Shown: positions 9,390 through 18,383 of the stretch, piece after piece
Numbering within the stretch: position 1 is the first letter of the stretch
How the letters are laid out: each line of letters starts with the position of its first letter
NCBI GenBank assembly: GCA_964621445.1
Contig: CAZUNO010000016.1
Coordinates: forward strand, 1 to 64,000
Origin: Candidatus Hadarchaeota archaeon
GTDB taxonomy: Archaea; CAYQAE01; CAYVLA01
DNA length: 64,000 bases
Reading direction: 5' to 3'
The notes under the pieces: model-generated
Seen by the model: only the letters and a program-made list of their open reading frames with translations
Told to the model about the DNA's origin: nothing
Databases searched by the model: none
Program-made: the position numbers and the translations under genes

Positions 9390-10094
9390 TCACTGTCTTG
9401 ATTCATCGCCCACGACTTTTCCATCCCGCAAATAAACCGTTCGGGCCGACTTGTCCTGGACCTTGGGATCGTGGGTGGCAAATATCACCGTCACTTCGCT
9501 GTCCTGGTTAAGGGAATACAATAGCTCAATTATCTCCAGACCGGTCTTGGTGTCGAGATTTCCGGTAACCTCGTCGGCAAAAATTATCTTCGGGGACACA
9601 ACCAGGGCCCTGGCAATGGCAACCCGCTGTTGCTCTCCACCGCTGAGCTCCGTGGGTCGGTGATACATCCTGTCCTCCAGGCCAACCCTGGTCAGGACGT
9701 CCTTGGCCAGCTCGTTCCTCTTCTCCTCCTCAACTCTGCGGAACACAAGCGGTAGCTCAACGTTCTCGATGGCATTCATCACCGGTATGAGGTTATAGAC
9801 CTGGAATATGAAGCCGCAGTGCTCCTGGCGGATCTTGGATTTTTCGGCCTGGGTAAGGTCGGTAGTCTCCGTTCCCACCAGCCATATCCTGCCCTCGGTT
9901 GGCCTGTCCAGACCGCTCATGACGTTGAGCAGCGTTGTCTTGCCACTACCCGAAGGGCCCATAACGCTGGTAAATTCCCCTCTATGTATCTCCAGATCAA
10001 CGCCCTGAAGGGCTTTTACCTCAATCTCTCCCTTCTCCCCCATGATGTAGCTCTTGGATAGATTAGAGGTTACAACTAGGGAGTCATCGTTCAT
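9390..10094 (-). CDS. ABC transporter ATP-binding protein, LolD/MacB/FtsE type
   Basis: GPSGSGKT, LSGGEQQRVAIARAL, ADEVTGNLD, THD; start placed at ATG 10094. Confidence 0.92.
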   Translation of the reverse strand: MNDDSLVVTSNLSKSYIMGEKGEIEVKALQGVDLEIHRGEFTSVMGPSGSGKTTLLNVMSGLDRPTEGRIWLVGTETTDLTQAEKSKIRQEHCGFIFQVYNLIPVMNAIENVELPLVFRRVEEEKRNELAKDVLTRVGLEDRMYHRPTELSGGEQQRVAIARALVVSPKIIFADEVTGNLDTKTGLEIIELLYSLNQDSEVTVIFATHDPKVQDKSARTVYLRDGKVVGDESRQ

Positions 10095-10215
10095 GTTTCC
10101 CGCTGACCTGAAGAGAAATATAACTCTTTCCCACTGGCGAAGGCGAACCGTGAGTCCCTTCCTGATCAAATAAATCCGGGATTAATAACCCTCCCAGCGG
10201 GCAGGATACACGGTC

Positions 10216-11016
10216 TCAGCCTCTGTATGGCTCCAGGTCCAGATATACCCTGGAATACCCTAGATCACGCAGCTTGGGGGTGATCTTAGCTCTGAAATCC
10301 TCCACATCAATCGAATCCAGGTGCCGTTTTCCCATCTCTATCCTCGCTTCATCTCCCAGGGTTCTAATCCTCACCACCTCATGACCGATATCTCTGAGGT
10401 AGTTCTCGGCCGCATCTATCCTGGCTAGATCATCTTCCCGTATCCGGTTCCCGCACCGTATCCTGGTGGCCAGACAGGTAGTATTTGGCCGGTCCCAGGT
10501 AGGCAGTTCCATCTTTCGGGATAGTTCCCGGATCTCTCCCTTATCCAATCCATGGTCGGCCAGTGGGGATTTGATTTCAAGTTCCCTGAGCGCGCGGAGG
10601 CCGGGCCTGTCCTTGCTTAGATCATCGTAATTTGTGCCATCCAGCACCAGGTCGTATCCTTCCTGCTCCTTGATCCCGATGAGTGCCTTCATCATCATCT
10701 TCTTGCAGTGGTAGCACCGGTCCGGAGGGTTGGAAATGATGCTCTCCTGATCCAGGAGGGAAATTTCAAGGATATGATGGTTTAGGTCCAGTTGGCTTGC
10801 GATGGAGGTCAACTCCTCCCTCTCCCGTGAGGGAGTGAACTCGGATATCACGGTAACTGCCAGATGACGGCTGCAGACCATCTTGGCCACGTAGGCGAGA
10901 AGTGTGCTGTCGACCCCGCCAGAGAAGGCAATAACCGGGTCACGGCCTCGAAGGAAGGTCTTCATCGCCTCCAACCTGGATTCTGGAGTATCCTTCCCTG
11001 CCCTTTGTTTTGCCAT
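10216..11016 (-). CDS. larE: ATP-dependent sulfur transferase LarE (PP-loop)
   Basis: AFSGGVDS, DRCYHCK, DGTNYDD..DRPG, CLATRI. Confidence 0.88.
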   Translation of the reverse strand: MAKQRAGKDTPESRLEAMKTFLRGRDPVIAFSGGVDSTLLAYVAKMVCSRHLAVTVISEFTPSREREELTSIASQLDLNHHILEISLLDQESIISNPPDRCYHCKKMMMKALIGIKEQEGYDLVLDGTNYDDLSKDRPGLRALRELEIKSPLADHGLDKGEIRELSRKMELPTWDRPNTTCLATRIRCGNRIREDDLARIDAAENYLRDIGHEVVRIRTLGDEARIEMGKRHLDSIDVEDFRAKITPKLRDLGYSRVYLDLEPYRG

Positions 11017-11103
11017 AGGTCTACATTGGTGGGGGGATCAAATAAACATTTCAGAGCAACAGATTCATTACCGGTTATCGTCCAAGACTAGAATCGACGA
11101 GGG

Positions 11104-11790
11104 ATGAAGTTGGATATCAAGGCTATATTTCTGGATTTCGGGGGAACACTGGCCAGAAGGAACCCCGGCATATGGGAAGTTTTCATCGAGACCAGCGAGA
11201 AGCATGATGTCACCCTGACCAGGGAGGAGCTTGACTGGGCGCGGAGTCAGGCAGATGAGGGTCACAGGAGCATTGACTTCCTTACCCTTGAATTGATGGA
11301 TACCTTTTGGGTTGACTGGTTCAGGCTAATGTTGGAGAATCTCGAGATCGAAGGCGGCGAAAAACTCGCCCGGGAAATATACCGAGACCTAAAGCGGGAA
11401 TCAACCATAGATCTCTACCCTGAGGTAAACGAGGTCCTGGATCAACTAGAAGAAGGGTTCAATTGCATCGGCATAGTGTCTAACTATAACTGCAGGCTGG
11501 AACCAATTTGCAGGGAGCTGGGCATTGCCAATAGGTTTCAGTTCATATTAGCTTCGGACGTGGTGGGATTTGGAAAGCCCGATGCCAGGATATTCCAATT
11601 GGCATCCAGCCTGGCCCAGGTGAATGCCAATCAATGTCTCCACGTCGGCGATTCCTTTGGCTCCGATTACGTGGGAGCAAGAAATGCTGGTCTAAAAGCA
11701 TTGCTGCTGGATAGGGACGGGGAGAACAGGGAGATCTCCGACGCCGAAAAAATACCCGACCTGAGAGCAGTTCCGGAACGCTGCCTCTGA
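11104..11790 (+). CDS. HAD-superfamily hydrolase
   Basis: DFGGTL, VSN, KPD..IF, HVGDS..SD motifs. Confidence 0.88.
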   Translation: MKLDIKAIFLDFGGTLARRNPGIWEVFIETSEKHDVTLTREELDWARSQADEGHRSIDFLTLELMDTFWVDWFRLMLENLEIEGGEKLAREIYRDLKRESTIDLYPEVNEVLDQLEEGFNCIGIVSNYNCRLEPICRELGIANRFQFILASDVVGFGKPDARIFQLASSLAQVNANQCLHVGDSFGSDYVGARNAGLKALLLDRDGENREISDAEKIPDLRAVPERCL

Positions 11791-11861
11791 GATTTCCACC
11801 CTCCGGTTTCCGCAACTATTTTATCCTTTGGTGGTTCTCGACAAATGGGAGGCATGAACAG

Positions 11862-12059
11862 ATGAGGGGCAAGGACCATCTCAAGCGAGCTTCATTCCTT
11901 ATCACTTTAGGGATAATCTGGGTTTTGTGGGAACAGGGTAGAGTAGAATCAATACTGAAATTCGCGGGCCTGGTTCTGTTGGTTTACGGGTTTTCGGTAG
12001 TTGTTATTGAGGCCGCCGACCTACAGATTTCCGGGTCCTCCCGGAGGCCGGGATCTTGA
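11862..12059 (+). CDS. Small two-TM membrane protein
   Basis: Two hydrophobic segments, GGAGG SD, stop overlaps the next start (TTGA). Confidence 0.5.
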   Translation: MRGKDHLKRASFLITLGIIWVLWEQGRVESILKFAGLVLLVYGFSVVVIEAADLQISGSSRRPGS

Positions 12060-13159
12060 ACCCCAGGACGGGCTGCATACTCATTGCGGTTGGCATCTTC
12101 TTCCTGGCTTTGACCAATATCAGCTGGGGAGAGATATACGGGCTGGTCAAGGCCTATGGAGTGATTGCGACGGGAATCGTATGCCTGGGTACTTTCATGT
12201 CCTTCTGGTCCTCGGATAACGAGGCGGTCCGGATCGGTGCAGAGTTGACCTATCACATCGCGGGGGCGGTGGCCGCCGCGGTGGTGGTGGGCACCCTCCT
12301 CTCCACATTGGGAGGAATTCCATCATGGCAGTTGAGGAATGAGGGTGACTGGGAGGGGATAAAGATCAGGGAGTTTAAAATCAGCGTTCCCGTCACCCAG
12401 GAAAGAGCTCTTCTATCGTGGGATGTTCCGGAGATAGAGGCCAAGATAGTTCCCTGGAATAACTCCGAGATCCTGATCTCGGGACAGATACAGGCCTATT
12501 CAACGGTTTCACCTCAGGATGCATCCTCACTTCTCAATGCGACCAGTCTTGAGCTGTTGAAGACCGGAGAGGGGCCCAGGTTCAACCTGAAGTTGTCGGG
12601 AGGAGAGGAATCATTGACCGGCCTTTCAAAAAAGGTGAAGATAGTGGCAGAAGTGAATATACCCTCCGGCCAGGCTCTGGACCTCGACCTAAAAGCCATA
12701 GGCGGCCATTATGAGATGGATAAGGGTCGAATAGGGACCGCAAATCTCGAGATACTGAGCGGTGATCTCATCTTCCTGGGTCTGGAAGGGCAGGAGCTAG
12801 ATGCCTCAACGGTAAATGGGAACATAAATGGATCACTGTCCTTCGGCTCGGCCGATCTCTCAGTAGTCAACGGAAGGATGGAATTCATCGCGGGTGCCAG
12901 GAACTCGGATTACGCCCTGAGCACGGTCAACGGGGATATCCGGATGGAAGTGCCGGCCTCGGATGAGCTGGGCCTGTCCATGAAGACCGAGGTCATAAAC
13001 GGGGAGGTTGATTTCGATGTGGATGATATCCAATATGGGGTGAATAGGAAGGAAGAAAAAATGGCCACCACCAATAACTATAAATCAAAATCAAGGAAGA
13101 TCGAGATTCTGGCCAGTACGGTAAATGGGGATATAAACTTGGTTAGCCTCCAATCATAG
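12056..13159 (+). CDS. Membrane protein with DUF4097/'toast-rack' beta-repeat domain
   Basis: Three N-terminal TM helices; repeated STVNG(N/D)I motifs. Confidence 0.78.
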   Translation: MNPRTGCILIAVGIFFLALTNISWGEIYGLVKAYGVIATGIVCLGTFMSFWSSDNEAVRIGAELTYHIAGAVAAAVVVGTLLSTLGGIPSWQLRNEGDWEGIKIREFKISVPVTQERALLSWDVPEIEAKIVPWNNSEILISGQIQAYSTVSPQDASSLLNATSLELLKTGEGPRFNLKLSGGEESLTGLSKKVKIVAEVNIPSGQALDLDLKAIGGHYEMDKGRIGTANLEILSGDLIFLGLEGQELDASTVNGNINGSLSFGSADLSVVNGRMEFIAGARNSDYALSTVNGDIRMEVPASDELGLSMKTEVINGEVDFDVDDIQYGVNRKEEKMATTNNYKSKSRKIEILASTVNGDINLVSLQS

Positions 13160-13819
13160 GTGGCTGATTAGATCCCTCAAGTCATCAATTACATGGGGGA
13201 CAAGGACCTCTTCTCCCACCCTATTGATGAGAAGGGGTTTCATTCCAACCTCTTCAGATGGTCGGTAATCCAGCTCGACGTCATCTCCCACGAAAAGGAT
13301 GGCTGACGGTGGTATTTCGAGCTGCCTGGCCGCGCGCAGGAAGATACGGTGATTTGGTTTTCTCCTTCCCGCCTCATCGGCGGTGGTAGTTGTATCCAGG
13401 TAATCTTCTAATCCGGTCTCACCGACCAGATGGGGTAGGTCAGAGGACAGGGCATTGGTCACCACACCGGCCTGGATGTCGTTTTCCACCAGTTCCTTAA
13501 GCACATCCTCGGCATCCTTGAAGGGCTCCGCCTGGAGCCGGTCAAACCAGTGGGAGTCAATATAATTTGCCAGTTGAAGGCGTCTGGAAACTATGCCTAG
13601 GTTCTCCAGAACACGCAGGTTCCACTCCTTCCAGAAACTGGAGGTGACGTAGTAGTCGGGTCCAAATGAACTCTCCGCCTTTTGTACCGCCCTCGATATC
13701 TCGTCCTCGGTCTTGGAGATTCCCTTTTCCTCTAGAAAGGACTCTATTACCGGCCAGGGGTCCGGTACCTTGACTAGCGTGCCGCCCAGATCGAAGAGCA
13801 CTGCTTTGATTTCTTTCAC
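13154..13819 (-). CDS. HAD-superfamily hydrolase
   Basis: FDLGGTL, VTN, KPN..IF, FVGDD..LD. Confidence 0.88.
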   Translation of the reverse strand: MKEIKAVLFDLGGTLVKVPDPWPVIESFLEEKGISKTEDEISRAVQKAESSFGPDYYVTSSFWKEWNLRVLENLGIVSRRLQLANYIDSHWFDRLQAEPFKDAEDVLKELVENDIQAGVVTNALSSDLPHLVGETGLEDYLDTTTTADEAGRRKPNHRIFLRAARQLEIPPSAILFVGDDVELDYRPSEEVGMKPLLINRVGEEVLVPHVIDDLRDLISHL

Positions 13820-13896
13820 CTTTGGACCTCGCCATGATATAGGGATAAATCCATGTATTTATGGTTCAGGTAATCTGCGATATGCGCATTGGAGGA

Positions 13897-14784
13897 CTAG
13901 ATTCTGTCCAGCATTTGCCGTATATTCTTGAGGCACACCCTGGAGGCGTACTCGCCTTGAGATGAGAAATCCCTTCCCCCTGGCTTGCTGATGAGTTCCT
14001 CGTCAAGTTTCTCCTTTGGACGCCAGTGAGTCTCAAGAGACACGCATCCCTTGTAGCCGTCCTCCTTCAGGGCCTTCAATTGACCTTCTATGTCGACTTC
14101 CCCGGTCCCCACGGGGACACACTCCGGTTTACCGGTGTCCTCGTTGATCACCACATCCTTCAGATGTACATGGGCGATCCAGTCCTTTATCGCCTCATAT
14201 CCGACTGGGTACGCCTCCTCCCTGGCATCGTCATAATAGGCATTTCCCGGGTCCCATATCGCTTGCACGTTCTTGGAGTCGATTTCCGAAAGGAACCTGT
14301 CGAGGTCAACACCGGTGCCTATGAAACAGCTTTGCTCGTTTTCCACTTCTAGGATGATATCTTCCTTCTCCGCTATCTCGGTGGGCAAGGCGAACTTGTC
14401 GACTATCTGATCCCAGTATTTGGATAAGCCATCCAGCCCCTCGCGGCGCCAGAAAGTAAATCCCCTGACGAGATCGGTGTCAAGTTCCTTAGCGATCTCG
14501 ATGCATCTCTTGAATATCTCGATGTGTTCCTGGTACTCTTTTTTATCGTCAATTTCGCATTTCAGGAAGGGAGCTGCTATGCTTATTACCTCGAGACCCG
14601 CGGCATCCAGCTTTCGCTTAATCTTGTCAAGGTGCTCCTGCTCCAGGTTCTGGACACTGACGTCCCAGGTTGATCGGACCTCTATGGAATCAAGATCGTA
14701 GTCCTTAGCAGTCTCAATTACCACGTCAAGATCCTGGGAGACCTCATCGTTTATGACTCCGAGCTTAAACGGTATTTCGGGCAA
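13897..14784 (-). CDS. Sugar phosphate isomerase/epimerase (xylose isomerase-like TIM barrel)
   Basis: VENE, WDPGN, HVHLKD, SLETH metal motifs; GAGGAGG SD. Confidence 0.88.
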   Translation of the reverse strand: MPEIPFKLGVINDEVSQDLDVVIETAKDYDLDSIEVRSTWDVSVQNLEQEHLDKIKRKLDAAGLEVISIAAPFLKCEIDDKKEYQEHIEIFKRCIEIAKELDTDLVRGFTFWRREGLDGLSKYWDQIVDKFALPTEIAEKEDIILEVENEQSCFIGTGVDLDRFLSEIDSKNVQAIWDPGNAYYDDAREEAYPVGYEAIKDWIAHVHLKDVVINEDTGKPECVPVGTGEVDIEGQLKALKEDGYKGCVSLETHWRPKEKLDEELISKPGGRDFSSQGEYASRVCLKNIRQMLDRI

Positions 14785-14864
14785 TATCCATATCCTCCTC
14801 TAGGGAAGGTGCGCCTTGGGGCAAATATATCTGTTTTGCCACCTTTCTCGCTTAGCGTTTTGAC

Positions 14865-15023
14865 TCAGGAGTTCTGTTTGCAATCGCGGAGCCATTCGAC
14901 AAGTTTGCTACGAACCAGCGATGAAACACTTAGACCTTTTCTTTTTGCTAGTTCATTCAATTTTTCCCGCGTTTCCTGGGAAACGGTGATCGAAATTCTC
15001 GCCGATTTGCTCTGGGTGGACAT
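14865..15023 (-). CDS. Ribbon-helix-helix (CopG-like) DNA-binding protein, 52 aa; absent from the ORF track
   Basis: Translated by hand: MSTQSKSARISITVSQETREKLNELAKRKGLSVSSLVRSKLVEWLRDCKQNS. Alternating beta-strand followed by LA..KGLSVS.LVR; TATA TTAATAAA at about 15072-15065. Confidence 0.8.
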   Translation of the reverse strand: MSTQSKSARISITVSQETREKLNELAKRKGLSVSSLVRSKLVEWLRDCKQNS

Positions 15024-15170
15024 ACCTGAATATTCCCCGATTTTCCGCGCCTTTACGGCAGTAGTTTATTAATAGTATCTATAGCGGTTGTGTTGACATA
15101 CATAGGGCACAGTGGGTAATGAAAATATCACCGCTAAAATCGTGACGCCAGGAAATCTTTTTATACTACG

Positions 15171-15187
15171 TGATGCAAACTGCATCA
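15171..15187. promoter_or_regulatory. Perfect 7-bp inverted repeat TGATGCA-AAC-TGCATCA, candidate operator
   Basis: Lies directly downstream of a plus-strand TATA (TTTTTATA 15158-15165) and near the RHH gene. Confidence 0.45.
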
Positions 15188-15197
15188 TACTTAGGAA

Positions 15198-15263
15198 CAG
15201 GGCCGGGAGAACTGGGGGGATTGTTTGGGGGGATTGCAAGAAATAGTAGTCCTCCCAACCCTG
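15198..15263 (-). ncRNA. Candidate small RNA: 16-bp stem with a C-rich loop (2x CAAUCCCCCC)
   Basis: On the minus strand CAGGGUUGGGAGGACU pairs with AGUUCUCCCGGCCCUG with all three non-WC positions as G-U; BRE/TATA GAAAGTTTTATAT about 25 nt upstream. Confidence 0.5.
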
Positions 15264-15437
15264 CGATTCCCTCTATACTAGGGGCCCCATATAAAACTTT
15301 CCAAAATTTTGACATATTCTCTGCGACCCGTATTGTGCCCTAGGAGTAAATCACCATTGATTCTTGGTGCGGCACCGCTGTAGGGAGAAGAAAATGATGA
15401 TTACATTAATTGCGTTTTCAAATTTTGAATTTCTGGG

Positions 15438-16715
15438 ATGACCGGAGGAGCAACCAAACGGAACTTCATCTTAGTGACATTTCTGGCAGGGCTGCTATTA
15501 GGCCTACTCATCTATACCTCTTTCTATGGTGGTGACCGGGAGCAGTTCGAGTTCGTGGTCATTGGCGATAGCCAAGGGAAACCCGGGCTGGATTCTCTGG
15601 TGGGAAATTTCGATGACCTGGGTGTAGATTTCGTAATCCACCTTGGGGATTCCGTCCCCCTGGCCAGGGAAGGTCTGTTCCAGGAGTTCATGAGCACGAT
15701 CAATAAATTGAACTGCACTTTCCATATGACCCCCGGAAATCACGATGTCAAGGGAAATGACTCACTTTACTACTCCTATTTCGGAGCTGGCGACTACTAC
15801 TTCGACAGAGGTGGTTTTAGATTCATCTCCCTCGATACCTCCAGTCAGGATATATCGGAAGATCAGTTCGCATGGCTAGAGAATACCCTCCGCGACTCGG
15901 GCCCGCTAGAGGTTATAGTATTTACCCATGTTCCTCCGTATAACCCGCTCCCCCACATTCCCCACTCCCTCAGGAATCAATCAACATCGGTGAGATTCAT
16001 GGACCTGATGAGCCAACAGGGGGTTAGATTAGTGCTTTCGGGACATGTTCACCTTTTCAACAGCACCAAGATAAAGGAGGTCCAGTACCTGGTGTCCGGG
16101 GGCGGAGGAGCAGATCTGGTGGCAACACCGGAAGAGGGTGGATTTCACCACTACCTGCACTTTGAAGCGGAGGGAGAGGATTTAAACTGGTCCGTGGTAC
16201 CATTCGATTTGAATAACTCGGAGAAGAAGGTTGAGATCTGTGGGTCCCAAAACGTGACCTTGTCAATGACCGAAGTGATGGGCATGGATTCCCTCCAGTC
16301 GCAGAGCTCATTCCAAAACAACTTCGGGAACTGGAGGGCCCAGGGGCTGTACAGGGGGGTACCCATCAGGGACCTGGTCGAACTGGTCGGCGGTATGGAT
16401 GAGGGAGATAGGTTAGAGGTAATTAGCAGCGATGGCTACATGCAGACATATTGCTACCCCAATGTCTATCCCAACTCATCCTGGCAGCAACTCCAGGGGG
16501 ACATGATTCTTGCCTACGAGTTCAATGGAACCTTCGGGCCACAATGGGAGAAAGGGCCTCTGATCGTGTTTACCCCTCCTGACGGAGGGTACAGCAACGA
16601 GGATTGTGTCAGGACCTCCTTCCCGGGACAGGGCTGTAGCAACTATTTATCGGGAGGTTCCAGATGGATCAAGGACGTGGAAAGGATAATCGTGGTCCCC
16701 GGGGAGAAAGAATAG
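15438..16715 (+). CDS. Membrane-anchored calcineurin-like metallophosphoesterase fused to a molybdopterin-oxidoreductase-like C-terminal domain
   Basis: N-terminal TM; GDSQ, HLGD, GNHD, HVPP, GHVH; C-terminal GVPIRDL..SSDGY..ILAYE.NG..GPL..WIK. Confidence 0.78.
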   Translation: MTGGATKRNFILVTFLAGLLLGLLIYTSFYGGDREQFEFVVIGDSQGKPGLDSLVGNFDDLGVDFVIHLGDSVPLAREGLFQEFMSTINKLNCTFHMTPGNHDVKGNDSLYYSYFGAGDYYFDRGGFRFISLDTSSQDISEDQFAWLENTLRDSGPLEVIVFTHVPPYNPLPHIPHSLRNQSTSVRFMDLMSQQGVRLVLSGHVHLFNSTKIKEVQYLVSGGGGADLVATPEEGGFHHYLHFEAEGEDLNWSVVPFDLNNSEKKVEICGSQNVTLSMTEVMGMDSLQSQSSFQNNFGNWRAQGLYRGVPIRDLVELVGGMDEGDRLEVISSDGYMQTYCYPNVYPNSSWQQLQGDMILAYEFNGTFGPQWEKGPLIVFTPPDGGYSNEDCVRTSFPGQGCSNYLSGGSRWIKDVERIIVVPGEKE

Positions 16716-16773
16716 TTGGGGTTTCCGGAAAACCCTTTTGTAGGACCGGGAGAACCCTTTACCGGATGAGAAG

Positions 16774-18252
16774 ATGTCCGAACCGGGATTTGAAGAGCCT
16801 CCAAATATCGTTTTCATACTGACTGATGACCAGGGATACTGGGCCATGGGATGTTCAGGTAATCGGGAGATAAGGACGCCCAATCTGGACCGGCTGGCCG
16901 ATGAGGGTATGCGATTTGAGAACTTCTTCTGTTCCTCGCCGGTCTGTTCACCAGCCCGGGCCTCGATAATGACCGGACGCATACCATCCCAGCACGGCGT
17001 ACATGACTGGATCAGAAAGGGAAATATGAGAGAAGATGATAGCCCGGCCATTGAGTATCTGAAGGGTATGACGGGGTACACTGACATACTCGCCGCTAAC
17101 GGGTACTCCTGTGGTATGTACGGAAAATGGCACCTCGGAGACAGCCTGCAGCCCCAGAAGGGCTTCCAGAACTGGTTCGTTCACCAGACCGGGGGTGGCG
17201 ATTATAACGCGGCCCCGATGATAAAGGACGGCAAGCCCTACACCGAGGATCGATATGTGACCGATGCCATCACCGATGAGGCACTGGATTTCCTGTCAAC
17301 AAATGGGAATAGGAAGTCTCCATTCTATCTCAGCGTTCACTATACGGCTCCCCACAGCCCATGGATCGACCAACACCCCCAAGAGATCGTCAATTCCTAT
17401 GACGGATGCAGCTTCGATTCCTGTCCTGAGGAACCCCCCCATCCCTGGCAGATAAATTCAGCCCCCAGGGGTAAGGGAGAGAAAAGGAGGGAGATTCTGA
17501 AGGGCTATTTCGCGGCAGTAACCGCCATGGATTCCAACGTGGGAAGAATCCTGGATGAACTTGAGAGAATGGGCATCCGAGAGGAGACCATGGTGGTGTT
17601 CATGAGTGATAACGGGATGAACATGGGCCACCACGGATTTTTCGGCAAGGGCAATGGGACATTTCCCCTGAATATGTACGATACCTCTGTTAAGATACCG
17701 GCCATAATGTCCATGCCGGGAACCATACAGAGTGGGGTCGGCGACGAGGGACTGCACAACCAGTACGACTTCATGCCAACCTTGCTCGATCTTCTTGGGT
17801 TTGAAAATCCTGCCGGTCGATCCCTTCCGGGAACAAGCTTTGCCGGAGCCCTGCTTGACCAGGAGAATCAGGGTCGCCGGGAGGTGGTGGTTTTCGATGA
17901 GTACGGTCCGGTGCGCATGATCCGAAACAGGGAGTGGAAGTACGTTCACCGGTATCCCTACGGGCCCCACGAACTCTACGACCTTTCGCGAGACCCCGAT
18001 GAACGGGATAACCTCTACGGCAGGTCCGAGTACCTGGAAAAGGTGAGGGAACTTAGATCGGGTCTCGATGAGTTCTTCCTTAGATATGTGGATTCGAGAT
18101 ATGATGGAACCCAGCAGGGGGTTTATGGCAAGGGGCAGATAGCCATGGCCAAAAGGCCGGGGAGAGGAAAGAAGGCCTTCAACGGCCAGTTCAGGTATCT
18201 GGACTCTGAGGGGAATAGAAGACCAAGTACCTACTTCCCGCCCGAACTCTGA
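16774..18252 (+). CDS. Cys-type (formylglycine-dependent) sulfatase
   Basis: PNIVFILTDD, CSPARASIMTG, GKWHLG, SDNG, GK. Confidence 0.93.
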   Translation: MSEPGFEEPPNIVFILTDDQGYWAMGCSGNREIRTPNLDRLADEGMRFENFFCSSPVCSPARASIMTGRIPSQHGVHDWIRKGNMREDDSPAIEYLKGMTGYTDILAANGYSCGMYGKWHLGDSLQPQKGFQNWFVHQTGGGDYNAAPMIKDGKPYTEDRYVTDAITDEALDFLSTNGNRKSPFYLSVHYTAPHSPWIDQHPQEIVNSYDGCSFDSCPEEPPHPWQINSAPRGKGEKRREILKGYFAAVTAMDSNVGRILDELERMGIREETMVVFMSDNGMNMGHHGFFGKGNGTFPLNMYDTSVKIPAIMSMPGTIQSGVGDEGLHNQYDFMPTLLDLLGFENPAGRSLPGTSFAGALLDQENQGRREVVVFDEYGPVRMIRNREWKYVHRYPYGPHELYDLSRDPDERDNLYGRSEYLEKVRELRSGLDEFFLRYVDSRYDGTQQGVYGKGQIAMAKRPGRGKKAFNGQFRYLDSEGNRRPSTYFPPEL

Positions 18253-18383
18253 CCTCGATAGGCCAATTCCATGCCCCAAAATGGGGCCCATTATGTAATT
18301 CCCTTAAATTTTCTAAACCAAAACGGGTGCCATTTAAGAAAGCCGAGTCATTTTGAGTGTGTAGCCTGTTTGGGAGGTCCCCT

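Noticed and set aside
17458-18291. 277-aa ORF antisense to the sulfatase, and similar shadows at 6340, 45736 and 59908
   Set aside because: They overlap confident genes on the other strand almost completely and have no recognisable motifs.
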